64,000 bases of DNA, from NCBI GenBank assembly GCA_021801255.1, contig JAJYYH010000039.1:2914-66913 (forward strand), written 5' to 3'. The translations under genes and the position numbers were made by a program. Position 1 is the first letter of the stretch, and the number at the start of each line of letters is the position of its first letter. Below the pieces are notes generated by a model. That model searched no databases. It was not told the origin of the DNA and worked only from the letters and a program-made list of their open reading frames with translations. The DNA comes from Pseudomonadota bacterium (lineage in GTDB: Bacteria > Pseudomonadota > Alphaproteobacteria > Acetobacterales > Acetobacteraceae). Below, in pieces: positions 44,714-53,625 of this stretch.

Positions 44714-45417
44714 ATTTTGTTCTGCAAGCCGAGGGGATTGCCGCGAGCTATGGCGGGCGGGCGGTGCTCGATGGCATCGATCTGGCGCTCGCGGCGGGCG
44801 AAAGCCTTTGTCTGATCGGCCATAATGGCGCGGGGAAATCGACCCTGCTGCGCGTGCTGTTCGGGCTTCATCCGGCCCTCTCGGGCACCGTACGGCTCGA
44901 CGGCGCGGCACTTCGACCCGATCCCGCCGCGATGGCGCGCGCCGGGATCGCCTATGTGCCGGAGGGGCGCGGCGTCTTTCCCGGCCTGACGGTTGCCGAG
45001 AATTTTGCCCTGGCGCTCTGGTCGGCGGGGATCGCGGGCGCCGAGGCAAATACGCGCATCACGGAGGTCTTCGCGGTTTTGCCGATGGTGCGCGGCTTTT
45101 ATGCCCGCCCTGCCGGCACACTCTCGGGCGGGCAGCAGCAGATGGTCGCGATCGGGCGCGCGCTTTTGTGCCGCCCGCGCATCCTGCTGCTCGATGAACC
45201 CTCGATCGGCCTCGCGCCCAGGACTTTTCAGGAATTGCTGCGCCCGCTCGCCGCCTTGCAGCGGGCGCGCGGCATGGCGATGCTGCTGGTCGAGCAGAAC
45301 GTGGCGGAGGCCTTCAAGGTCTGCGATCGGGTCGCGGTGATGAAGTCGGGTCGGATGATTTTTTCCGGCCCTCCCAGCGACCTTGCCGATCACGCGCGAT
45401 TGATGGAATTGTTCTGA
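44710..45417 (+). CDS. livF: ABC transporter ATP-binding protein (LivF-like)
   Basis: Walker A GHNGAGKST, signature LSGGQQQM, Walker B ILLLDEPS. Confidence 0.85.
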   Translation: MNFVLQAEGIAASYGGRAVLDGIDLALAAGESLCLIGHNGAGKSTLLRVLFGLHPALSGTVRLDGAALRPDPAAMARAGIAYVPEGRGVFPGLTVAENFALALWSAGIAGAEANTRITEVFAVLPMVRGFYARPAGTLSGGQQQMVAIGRALLCRPRILLLDEPSIGLAPRTFQELLRPLAALQRARGMAMLLVEQNVAEAFKVCDRVAVMKSGRMIFSGPPSDLADHARLMELF

Positions 45418-45436
45418 TTTCGGGATTTTGAATACC

Positions 45437-46441
45437 ATGGAGAATGCCTTTACCGCCCATAATATTCGCCTCGACGATGGCCGCGCGACGCTGCCCTCTT
45501 TGCGCTGGACGATCGATCGGAGCACGGTTCTGCGCGCCGCGCGCACCCTGCTCGGGGTCGTCTATCCCGAGGGCCTCGCCGGCAAGACGATCGTCGATGT
45601 CGGCTGCCTCGAAGGCGGCTACACGACCGAGTTCGCGCGCCTCGGCATGACGGCAACCGGGATCGAGGTGCGGGAGAGCAATTTTGTCAACTGCATGTAT
45701 GTCAAGGAGCATGTCAATCTCGACAATCTGCGCTTCATTCATGACGACGCCAACAATATTGAGCATCATGGGAAATTCGACGTGTTTTTTATCAATGGCC
45801 TGCTCTACCATCTCGACAAGCCGCGCGAATTCCTGGAGAAAGCCGCAAAAAATTGTGACAAGGTTCTGATCCTGCAAACCCATGTCGCGAATGCCGGGAT
45901 TTCGGAGGCGATCAAACGCCACAGTCTTTCGGAAATTTGCGAGCATGAAGGGCTGCGCGGCAGATGGTATCCGGAATACGAAGCCTTGTCCGCGGAGCAA
46001 CTGGAGCGGATGAAATGGCATTCCTGGTCAAACGCCAAATCCTTCTGGATACAGAAGGAGTATCTCATCGACCTGATCCGGCATATCGGCTTCGATCTGG
46101 TCTTCGAACAATTTGACTTCATGGACGACGTGGTCGCGGAGATGACCGGCGGATTCTACAAGACCGATGACCGGGTGATGCTGGTGGGCGTCAAGCGCGC
46201 AGCGGGTGAGGATCGGGGGCCATCGGCGGGCGAATTCTGGTACCCGTTTCCGCCCGCCACGAGCGTGAGCGCGACCGCTTCGCCCGAGCCGCCCGCCACC
46301 GCCCCGGTATCGGGGCAGGACGCCCTAGAAATCGCGGCGCTTCGCCAGGAGATCGCGCTGCTGCGCGGCTCGACCTCGTGGAAAATGACGGCGCCGCTCC
46401 GCGCGCTCATCGGGCGATGGCGACTTGCCCGGTCTCGCTGA
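45437..46441 (+). CDS. Class I SAM-dependent methyltransferase with C-terminal coiled coil and STSWKMTAPLR motif
   Basis: Motif I IVDVGCLEGGYT, motif post-I ATGIEVR. Lower GC than the flanks (about 45650-46150). Alternative TTG start at 45428. Confidence 0.75.
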   Translation: MENAFTAHNIRLDDGRATLPSLRWTIDRSTVLRAARTLLGVVYPEGLAGKTIVDVGCLEGGYTTEFARLGMTATGIEVRESNFVNCMYVKEHVNLDNLRFIHDDANNIEHHGKFDVFFINGLLYHLDKPREFLEKAAKNCDKVLILQTHVANAGISEAIKRHSLSEICEHEGLRGRWYPEYEALSAEQLERMKWHSWSNAKSFWIQKEYLIDLIRHIGFDLVFEQFDFMDDVVAEMTGGFYKTDDRVMLVGVKRAAGEDRGPSAGEFWYPFPPATSVSATASPEPPATAPVSGQDALEIAALRQEIALLRGSTSWKMTAPLRALIGRWRLARSR

Positions 46442-46502
46442 AACTTTCATAACCCTGTCAGTGCCGCCAAACTGTCGGCCGCTCCGACGATCGCTATATC
46501 CC

Positions 46503-46527
46503 GTCCAGGGACAAAGCCCCGGCCTTG
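46503..46527. repeat. Partial REP-like unit (copy D)
   Basis: gtccagggacaaagccccggccttgc resembles the terminal TCCAGGG..CCCTGGCCTTA hairpin of copies A and B. It abuts the smc stop. Confidence 0.4.
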
Positions 46528-49500
46528 CTACTCCGCCGCCAGGCGCGGCGGCTCGACCAACTCGGTGGCGTGGGCGAGATCGACTGAGAGCAGGCGTGAA
46601 ACACCGCGTTCCTGCATGGTCACGCCATAGAGTCGGTCCATTCGCGCCATGGTGAAGTGATGGTGCGTCACCACCAGGAAGCGGGTGCCGGTTTCGCGCA
46701 CCATGTCTTCGAGCAGGATGCAGAAGCGCTCGACATTGGCGTCATCGAGGGGCGCATCGACCTCGTCGAGCACCGAGACCGGGGCGGGGTTGCAGCGGAA
46801 CACCGCGAAGATCAGCGAGAGCGCGGTGAGCGCCTGCTCGCCACCCGAGAGCAGCGAGAGGGTAGCGAGTTTCTTGCCCGGGGGCTGGGCGTAGATCTCC
46901 AACCCGGCGGCCAAGGGGTCTTCCGAGCCGACGAGGGCGAGATGCGCCCGCCCGCCGCCGAACATGCGGGCAAAGAGCGCCTGAAAATGCTGATCGACGG
47001 CGGTGAAAACCGTCGAAAGCCGCTCCCGCCCCTCGCGGTTGAGATGGCCGATCGAGCCGCGCAGCTTGGCGATCGCGGTGGTGATCTCGGCGCATTCGGC
47101 GATGATGGTGGTGATTTGCGCCTCGATCTCGCTGGCCTCGATTTCGACGCGGAGATTGACCGGCCCCATCTCCTCGCGCTCGCGGGTGAGACGCTCGAAG
47201 CGCTTGCGGGATTTTTCCTCGGCCTCCGCGTCCGCTGGGCCGGTGATCTCGGGGAAGACGGGGGAGGTACCGAGCCGCTCCAGCACCCGCTCGGCCACCA
47301 CGCCCCAGGCGTGATCGGCCTGCGCCAATGCGCCCTCGGCGCGCACCATCGCCTCGCGCGCGGTGGCAAGGGCGGCCTCGGCGGCGCGGGCGGTGCGGGC
47401 GGCGGCGGCGTCCGCCTGCTCGCCCTCGGCAAGCGCGGCGGCGGCGCGGCGGTGCTGTTCGGTCGCGGCGTCGAGCGCGGCGGCGCTGGCTTCGCGCGCC
47501 GCCGTGAGTTCGGTCGGGGCGGCCTCGCGCGCGGCGAGCGTGGTTTCGACCTCGGCAAAGCGGGTGGCGAGATCGGCGAGGCGCAAGGCGGCATCGCGCG
47601 CCCGCTCTTCCCACGCCTGTCGCTCGCTGGCGATGGCGGCGTGACGGGCAGCGCGGAGGGTGCTCATGCGATCGAGCGTTTCGCGGGCGCTCAGCGCCTC
47701 GGTCTCGGCGGCGCGGGCGGCGGCGAAGGCGCTCCGCGCCGCCTCGCGCGCGGTGCGGAGCAGGGCGGCGTCGGGCAGCGCCGCGCGTGCTTGCTGGGCC
47801 CGGGTCAGGGTGGAGTCGGCCTCGGCCGCCTCAGCCGCGGCACGCTGCCATTGCTCTTCGAGCGCAGCGCGGCGGCTGGCGGCCGCGGCGGCCTCGGCCT
47901 GAAGCCGCGCCAGCGCCTCGCGCGCCCGTTCCCGGCGTTGCTCGGCGCTCCGGCGCGCGGCACGGGCTTCCTGCTCGGCGGCGCGGGAGGTTTTTTCGAC
48001 GGTCTCGGCCTCGGCGCGCGCGGCCTCGACGGCGTCCTTCTCGGCGCGCGCGGCGGTGAGCCGCGTGCGGAGCGCGGCGAGGCGATTGCGCTGGGTGAGC
48101 CGCACCGCCGCCGGGGTCGGTGTGCCGGCACGGATGGTATAGCCGTCCCAGCGCCACACCCCGCCGGCCCGCGAAACCAGCATCTGCCCCGGCGCCAGCG
48201 CTGCCTGTAGCGCTGTTCCAGCGGCATCATCGGCGACCAGGCCGATCGCGGCGAGCGCGCGGGCCAGGGCGGCGGGCGCGCCGACTAACGTGGCGAGGCT
48301 CACGGTGCCGGCCGGCAAGGGCAGCGAATCGCGCGCGGGAAGCTCGCGCCAGTGCCGCGGCGCCTCGGGATCGGCCGCCGATTCCAGCTCCTCGCCCAAC
48401 GCCGCGCCGAGCGCCGCCTCCAGCCCCGCCGGCACTTCCAGCGCATCGACCATTGGCGGCCAGCGTTCGCCATCCTTGACGGCGAGCAATTCGGCGAGCG
48501 CGTCGGCCTCGGCCTTGATGCGCGCCAGTGCTGCCCCGGCGGCGCTGGCGCGTGCGCGGGCCTCGGCGAAGGTAGCTTCCGCGGCGGTCCGCGCCGTCTC
48601 GGCGGCAACCAGTTGAGCGCTTGCCGCCGCCAGCGCCGCCAGCGCCGCGTCCTGTTCGGCGCTGGCGGCGGCGAGGCTTTGGGGATCGGGCGGGGGAATG
48701 CGCGCGCGCTCGGCCTCGAGGCGCGCGAGATGGCCGGCGGCGCGGCGCTGGCGGGCTTCGGACTCGGCCAGGGCGGTTGCCAGCGCGCGGCTCTCCGCCT
48801 CCGCCGCCGCCGCCGCCTCGGTGGCGCGGTTGGCTTCGGCCTCGGCGGCGCGGGCGGCATCCTGGCTGGCGATGACGGCTGCCTCGGCCGCCGCGTGGTG
48901 CCCAGGATGGGCGGCGTCCTCGGCTTTGAGCCGGGCCGCTTCATCGTCGAGCCGCGCGAGCGCGGCGGCGGCGTCGCGGCGGGCCGTGCCGGCATGGTCG
49001 CGATCGCGCACGATCTGGGCGCGGCGCGCACGAGCCTCCTCGAGAGCGCTCCGGGCGCGACGTTCCTCGGCGGCGATCTGCTCGAGCGCGACGCGGGCGC
49101 GCTCGAGCGCGGTGCGCGCCTCGGCCTCGGCGGCGCGGAGCGGCGGCAGGGTGGCGGCGGTCGTCGTGGCGGCGGTGGCGGCGGCAGCGGCCTCGTGCTG
49201 CGCCGCCTCGGCCGCGGCCGCGGCTGCCGCCGCTGCCGCCCGCGCCTGCACCCGCCCGATTTCCGCCCGGGCATGCTGGATCGCCAGGAATTCCGCCTCC
49301 GCCGCGCGGATCGCCCCCGAAAGGTTGCGGTAGCGGCTGGCCTGGCGAGCCTGACGCTTGAGCCCCTGGAGCTGGCTATCGAGCTGGCCGCGCAATTCCT
49401 CGGCGCGGGTGAGATTCGCCTCGGCGGCGCGCAGTTTCAGCTCAGCCTCGTGGCGGCGGGCGTGCAGGCCGGTGATACCGGCGGCCTCCTCGAGGATCAT

Positions 49501-49989
49501 CCGCCGCTCCTCGGGCCGGGCGTTGACCAGGGCGGCAACCCGCCCCTGGCTCACCATCGCCGAGGCGCGCGCGCCGGAGGCGAGATCGGCGAACAGGGTT
49601 TGCACGTCGCGCGCCCGCGCCTCGCGCCCGTTGATGCGAAAGGCGCTGCCCGTGCCGCGCTCGATGCGCCGGGTGACCTCGATCTCCGCCTGCTCATGGA
49701 AAGGCGGCGGGGCGCGACCGGCGGCGTCCTCGAGCAGCAGCGTGACCTCGGCGAGGTTGCGCGAGGGGCGATGCGCGGTGCCGGCGAAGATCACGTCGTC
49801 CATCTCGCCACCACGCAGGCTGCGCGCCGAGTTCTCCCCCATCGCCCAGCGCAGCGCCTCGACGACGTTCGACTTGCCGCAGCCATTCGGCCCGACAATG
49901 CCGGTGAGGCCGGGCAGGATGTCGAGCGTCGTGGTCTCGGCGAAGCTCTTGAAGCCGGCAATGCGCAGGCGGGCGAAGCTCACGGGCAC
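46528..49989 (-). CDS. smc: Chromosome segregation protein SMC
   Basis: Walker A GPNGCGKSNV at the N-terminus, very long Ala/Glu/Arg coiled coils, signature LSGGEQALTALSL and Walker B VSVLDEVDAPLD at the C-terminus. 1153 aa. Confidence 0.95.
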   Translation of the reverse strand: MPVSFARLRIAGFKSFAETTTLDILPGLTGIVGPNGCGKSNVVEALRWAMGENSARSLRGGEMDDVIFAGTAHRPSRNLAEVTLLLEDAAGRAPPPFHEQAEIEVTRRIERGTGSAFRINGREARARDVQTLFADLASGARASAMVSQGRVAALVNARPEERRMILEEAAGITGLHARRHEAELKLRAAEANLTRAEELRGQLDSQLQGLKRQARQASRYRNLSGAIRAAEAEFLAIQHARAEIGRVQARAAAAAAAAAAEAAQHEAAAAATAATTTAATLPPLRAAEAEARTALERARVALEQIAAEERRARSALEEARARRAQIVRDRDHAGTARRDAAAALARLDDEAARLKAEDAAHPGHHAAAEAAVIASQDAARAAEAEANRATEAAAAAEAESRALATALAESEARQRRAAGHLARLEAERARIPPPDPQSLAAASAEQDAALAALAAASAQLVAAETARTAAEATFAEARARASAAGAALARIKAEADALAELLAVKDGERWPPMVDALEVPAGLEAALGAALGEELESAADPEAPRHWRELPARDSLPLPAGTVSLATLVGAPAALARALAAIGLVADDAAGTALQAALAPGQMLVSRAGGVWRWDGYTIRAGTPTPAAVRLTQRNRLAALRTRLTAARAEKDAVEAARAEAETVEKTSRAAEQEARAARRSAEQRRERAREALARLQAEAAAAASRRAALEEQWQRAAAEAAEADSTLTRAQQARAALPDAALLRTAREAARSAFAAARAAETEALSARETLDRMSTLRAARHAAIASERQAWEERARDAALRLADLATRFAEVETTLAAREAAPTELTAAREASAAALDAATEQHRRAAAALAEGEQADAAAARTARAAEAALATAREAMVRAEGALAQADHAWGVVAERVLERLGTSPVFPEITGPADAEAEEKSRKRFERLTREREEMGPVNLRVEIEASEIEAQITTIIAECAEITTAIAKLRGSIGHLNREGRERLSTVFTAVDQHFQALFARMFGGGRAHLALVGSEDPLAAGLEIYAQPPGKKLATLSLLSGGEQALTALSLIFAVFRCNPAPVSVLDEVDAPLDDANVERFCILLEDMVRETGTRFLVVTHHHFTMARMDRLYGVTMQERGVSRLLSVDLAHATELVEPPRLAAE

Positions 49990-49998
49990 AGGCGGCTC

Positions 49999-50607
49999 TC
50001 AGCTCGCGGAGACGCCGATGAAGGCGGCGAAGGCGGCGTAGCTCATCTCGCCAGGATGGGTATGGCCGTCATGAACGAAGGTCGGGGTCGAGTCGATCTG
50101 GAATTCGTCCTCGGCCTTCTGCTGCCCGGCGAGGATGAATTGCTGGAGATCCTTGTCCGCGATCGCGGCGTCGAAAGCGGCGCGCGGCATGCCGGCGAGA
50201 CCGGCCATCTTGGCGAGCTCCTCGCGCGGGTTGGCGTCGCGGTTGAAGGCCCAGCGGTCCTGGCTGGCAAACAGCGCCGCGACGAACGGCTCATAACGCT
50301 CCACGGGGAGCGAGCGGGCGACCATCGCCGCCATCAGCGCCACCCGGTCGAGCGGAAAATCGTGGTAGATCATTTGCAGCTTGCCGGGTTCGATCAGCTT
50401 GGCCTTCACCTCCGGCATGGTCTCGCGCGAGAAGGCGGCGCAGTGGGTGCAGGTGAGAGAGAAGAATTCGCTCACCTTGATCGGCGCCTGATCTGCCCCA
50501 AGGGTGCGCGGGGAAAAGCGCGGATCGCCCTCGGCGGCGCTAGCGCGGCGCGCGAGGAAGGGCGTGGTCGCCACAAGAGCTAGTAGGGAACGGCGCTCAA
50601 TCGGCAT
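49999..50607 (-). CDS. DsbA-family thiol:disulfide oxidoreductase (Tat/Sec-exported)
   Basis: Starts MPIERRSLLALVATTPFLARRASA; CxxC active site SLTCTHCAAF. Confidence 0.85.
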   Translation of the reverse strand: MPIERRSLLALVATTPFLARRASAAEGDPRFSPRTLGADQAPIKVSEFFSLTCTHCAAFSRETMPEVKAKLIEPGKLQMIYHDFPLDRVALMAAMVARSLPVERYEPFVAALFASQDRWAFNRDANPREELAKMAGLAGMPRAAFDAAIADKDLQQFILAGQQKAEDEFQIDSTPTFVHDGHTHPGEMSYAAFAAFIGVSAS

Positions 50608-50668
50608 TTTCACCTCTATATCTTGAAAGCTGGTATATCGCGAAAGCGGCCTGGCGGCACGGAAAAAA

Positions 50669-51178
50669 TCATCGGCGCCGCCCAGCGGCATAGACGGCGC
50701 GGCCGAGCGCGTCGAGGGCATTGCGCAGTTCGGCATGGGGGAAATCGGCGAGGCGGGCGGCAAGGCGAGCGGCGACCGTGGGGTCGGGCGGCGGGCGGGG
50801 CGGGGGGCAGGCCATCGGTGCCAGCAGATCCTGCACGAAGCGCAGCCGCTCGACCGCTCGGCGGCCAAGATGGGTGTTGATCCGTTCGGCCAGCGCGCCC
50901 GCCATGTGCTGCAATTCCAGCGCCACCGGCCCGGCGCAGGCCAGCGTCAGGGTGCCGGCGGCAAGCCGGCGCGGGGTGGTGACCTCGGCGAGGCGGGGGC
51001 CGACGATGCTCGGCCAATCGGCGAGGATTTGCGCCGTCGCCGGGGCGCGCTTGCGAAACGTCGGGCGCAGCAGCGGCGCGAGGAGGGCGCCGAGCGGGCG
51101 CGGGCCGTAGATGCTGCGCGGCGCCTCCGGCTTGTCCTGCATCGCCGCGGGCGGCATATCCTTGGGCGTGCGCGCCAT
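50669..51178 (-). CDS. DUF721-domain protein (DciA-like)
   Basis: LADWPSIVGPRLAEVTTPRRLAAGTLTLACAGPVALELQHMAGALAERINTHLGRRAVERLRF is the DUF721 pattern. AAGGAAGGA RBS before ATG 51178; alternative start at 51229. Confidence 0.7.
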   Translation of the reverse strand: MARTPKDMPPAAMQDKPEAPRSIYGPRPLGALLAPLLRPTFRKRAPATAQILADWPSIVGPRLAEVTTPRRLAAGTLTLACAGPVALELQHMAGALAERINTHLGRRAVERLRFVQDLLAPMACPPPRPPPDPTVAARLAARLADFPHAELRNALDALGRAVYAAGRRR

Positions 51179-51185
51179 TCCTTCC

Positions 51186-52310
51186 TTGCCCGCCGCCTTC
51201 TCCACCCCCTCCCTGGGTAATCCGCTCATCCGCGAACTCTCTTCCTGGCCTGATCTGCTGGCTTGGCCCGATCTGCTCGCCTGGTATGACCGCCATCGCC
51301 GTGCTCTCCCCTGGCGGGCGACACCCGGCGAGACGGCCGACCCCTATCGGGTCTGGCTCAGCGAGATCATGCTACAGCAGACCACAGTTGCCACGGTGAT
51401 ACCCTATTTTCACCGCTTTACCCAACGCTTCCCTGACATTAACGCCCTCGCCGCGGCGGCGGAAGAAGATGTGCTCGCGCTCTGGGCCGGGCTCGGCTAC
51501 TACGCCCGCGCCCGCAACCTCGTGGCCGCCGCCCGCGCCGTCGCCGCTCGCGGGGGTTTTCCGCGCGACCTGGCGGGGCTGCGCGCCTTGCCGGGCATCG
51601 GTCCCTATACCGCCGCCGCCATCGGAGCGATCGCTTTCGGGGCAGCTTCCTTGCCGGTCGACGGCAATGTCCTGCGCGTGCTGGTGCGCCATTTCGCCAT
51701 CGCCGATCCCTTGCCCGGCGCTCGGGCGGCGATCCTGGCGCGCGCCGCGGCCCTCGCCCGCGATGCCGCGTTCCGTGCCCGCCCAGGGGACGCGGTGCAG
51801 GCGCTGTTCGATCTTGGCGCCGGGGTCTGCATGCCGGGGCGGCCGGATTGCGCGCTCTGTCCGCTGGCTGGGAATTGTCGCGGCCTAGCCGCCGGATTGG
51901 CCGCCGAGCTGCCGCGGAAGTCCGCCAAACCGCCGCGGCCGGAGCGTTTCGGGGCACAATTCTGGCTCGTCGATGCGGCCGATCAGGTATTGCTCCGCCG
52001 CCGTCCCCGCAACGGTCTGCTCGGCGGCATGGTCGAGTTGCCCGGCACGCCGTGGCGCGCGGCGCCATATTCGCCCGCCGAGGCGCTGGCGCTCGCGCCA
52101 ATGGCCGCGGATTGGCGCGCCGCCGGCGTCGTGCGGCATGTTTTTACCCATTTTGCCCTCACCCTCGAGGTGCACGCCGCCCGCGTCGAGCGCATCACGG
52201 CGCCGGGCTTTCTTCGCCCGCTTGCCGCCCTCGATGCCGAGGCATTGCCTTCGGTGATGCGCAAATGCGTCCGCGCCGCCGCGCGCGCCGCCGCGTGGCG
52301 GGCGGCGTGA
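51186..52310 (+). CDS. mutY: A/G-specific adenine DNA glycosylase
   Basis: LLAWYDRHRRALPWR, LSEIMLQQT, GLGYYARARNL, LPGIGPYTAAAI, and the Fe-S loop CMPGRPDCALCPLAGNC. The start is uncertain (TTG 51186 avoids overlap with the divergent gene; ATG 51111 is also in frame). Confidence 0.85.
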   Translation: MPAAFSTPSLGNPLIRELSSWPDLLAWPDLLAWYDRHRRALPWRATPGETADPYRVWLSEIMLQQTTVATVIPYFHRFTQRFPDINALAAAAEEDVLALWAGLGYYARARNLVAAARAVAARGGFPRDLAGLRALPGIGPYTAAAIGAIAFGAASLPVDGNVLRVLVRHFAIADPLPGARAAILARAAALARDAAFRARPGDAVQALFDLGAGVCMPGRPDCALCPLAGNCRGLAAGLAAELPRKSAKPPRPERFGAQFWLVDAADQVLLRRRPRNGLLGGMVELPGTPWRAAPYSPAEALALAPMAADWRAAGVVRHVFTHFALTLEVHAARVERITAPGFLRPLAALDAEALPSVMRKCVRAAARAAAWRAA

Positions 52311-53536
52311 GAGCGCCACGCAAGCCCGCGGTCGGGTTCGCGCTGGCGCTGCTGGCGATCGATGCGCTCGGCATCGGCCTGATCATCCCGATCGTGCCGC
52401 AACTGGTGTTGCAGTTCATGGGCGGCGATGCCAGCCACGCCGCCTTCTGGGTGGGGATTCTCGCCACCAGTTTTTCCGCCATGCAGTTCGTCTTCGCCCC
52501 GGTGCTGGGCGGGCTTTCGGATCGCTTCGGGCGCCGCCCGGTGATGCTGCTCTCGGTTCTCGGTCTCGGCCTCGACTATCTCATCCTCGCCGCCAGCCCC
52601 TCGCTCGCCTGGCTGTTCGTGGCGCGTCTCCTGGCCGGGGTGACGACGGGGAATATCTCGGCGACCACCGCCTATATCGCCGATGTCACGCCACCCGAGC
52701 GGCGCGGCCAGCAATTCGGCCTCGTGGGGGCGATGTTCGGCCTGGGCTTCATCCTCGGCCCGGCGATGGGCGGCATGCTCGGCGCGATCTGGCTGCGTCT
52801 GCCTTTCCTGGTCGCCGCCGCATTATCGCTGTGCAACGCGCTCTATGGCTTTCTGGTGCTGCCCGAATCGCTGCCGCCGGAGCGGCGGCGGGCGTTTTCC
52901 TGGCGCCGCGCCAACCCGCTCGGCGCCCTGGCGAGCCTTGCCGGCAACCGCCGCGCGCTCCGCCTCGGCCTGGCCTGGAGCTGCACCTGGTTTGGCCTCG
53001 GCGCCCTGCAAAGCGCCTTTGTGCTTTCGACCGCGCTCCGCTTCGGCTGGCAGACCACCGAGAACGGCGCGGCGCTGGCGGCGGCGGGGCTGTCGCAGGC
53101 GCTGGTGCAGGGCTTGCTCATCCGCCGGCTGATCGGCGGGCTCGGCGAGATCCGGGTGGCCCTGCTCGGCTGCCTGCTCGCGGCACTGGCGCAGGGCGTC
53201 TTCGCCTTCGCCTTCGCCGGCTGGATGATGTATGTTGGCGTCGTGGTCTCGGCCCTTGGCGCCATCAACACGCCGGCGATCCGCGCCCTGTTCTCGGCGC
53301 AATCCGGCGCCGACCGCCAGGGCGAGGCGCAGGGCGTGCTGGCGGCGCTGCAAAGTTTTACGGCGATTTTTGCCCCCCTCGTGGGGGCGGCGCTGTTCTC
53401 CGCCTGCACCCCGGGGGATGCGGTGATTTTCTTCCCCGGTGCGCCCTTTCTGTTCGCCGCCCTGACCTATCTCGCCGCCGCCCTGATAATCCGCGCGATC
53501 GCGCCCGCCACGCCACTCGTCTCAGATGATCGGTGA
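52307..53536 (+). CDS. MFS transporter (TetA/TCR-like)
   Basis: GTG 52307 overlaps the mutY stop (GTGA). [12 protein letters not shown] motif; 12-TM profile. Confidence 0.8.
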   Translation: MRAPRKPAVGFALALLAIDALGIGLIIPIVPQLVLQFMGGDASHAAFWVGILATSFSAMQFVFAPVLGGLSDRFGRRPVMLLSVLGLGLDYLILAASPSLAWLFVARLLAGVTTGNISATTAYIADVTPPERRGQQFGLVGAMFGLGFILGPAMGGMLGAIWLRLPFLVAAALSLCNALYGFLVLPESLPPERRRAFSWRRANPLGALASLAGNRRALRLGLAWSCTWFGLGALQSAFVLSTALRFGWQTTENGAALAAAGLSQALVQGLLIRRLIGGLGEIRVALLGCLLAALAQGVFAFAFAGWMMYVGVVVSALGAINTPAIRALFSAQSGADRQGEAQGVLAALQSFTAIFAPLVGAALFSACTPGDAVIFFPGAPFLFAALTYLAAALIIRAIAPATPLVSDDR

Positions 53537-53625
53537 AATGACCCCGCCCGTAAGCGGCTGCGGCGTGCCGAAAGTCTATTGGCAGAGCAACTGCCGAAGT
53601 AGCCCCGTGTAGGAGATTGGGCCCA

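Noticed and set aside
46657-50583. Plus-strand ORFs 46657-48210 and 48352-50583
   Set aside because: They are antisense to smc and the dsbA-like gene. The Gly/Arg-rich sequence is produced by the Ala/Glu/Arg coiled-coil codons on the other strand.
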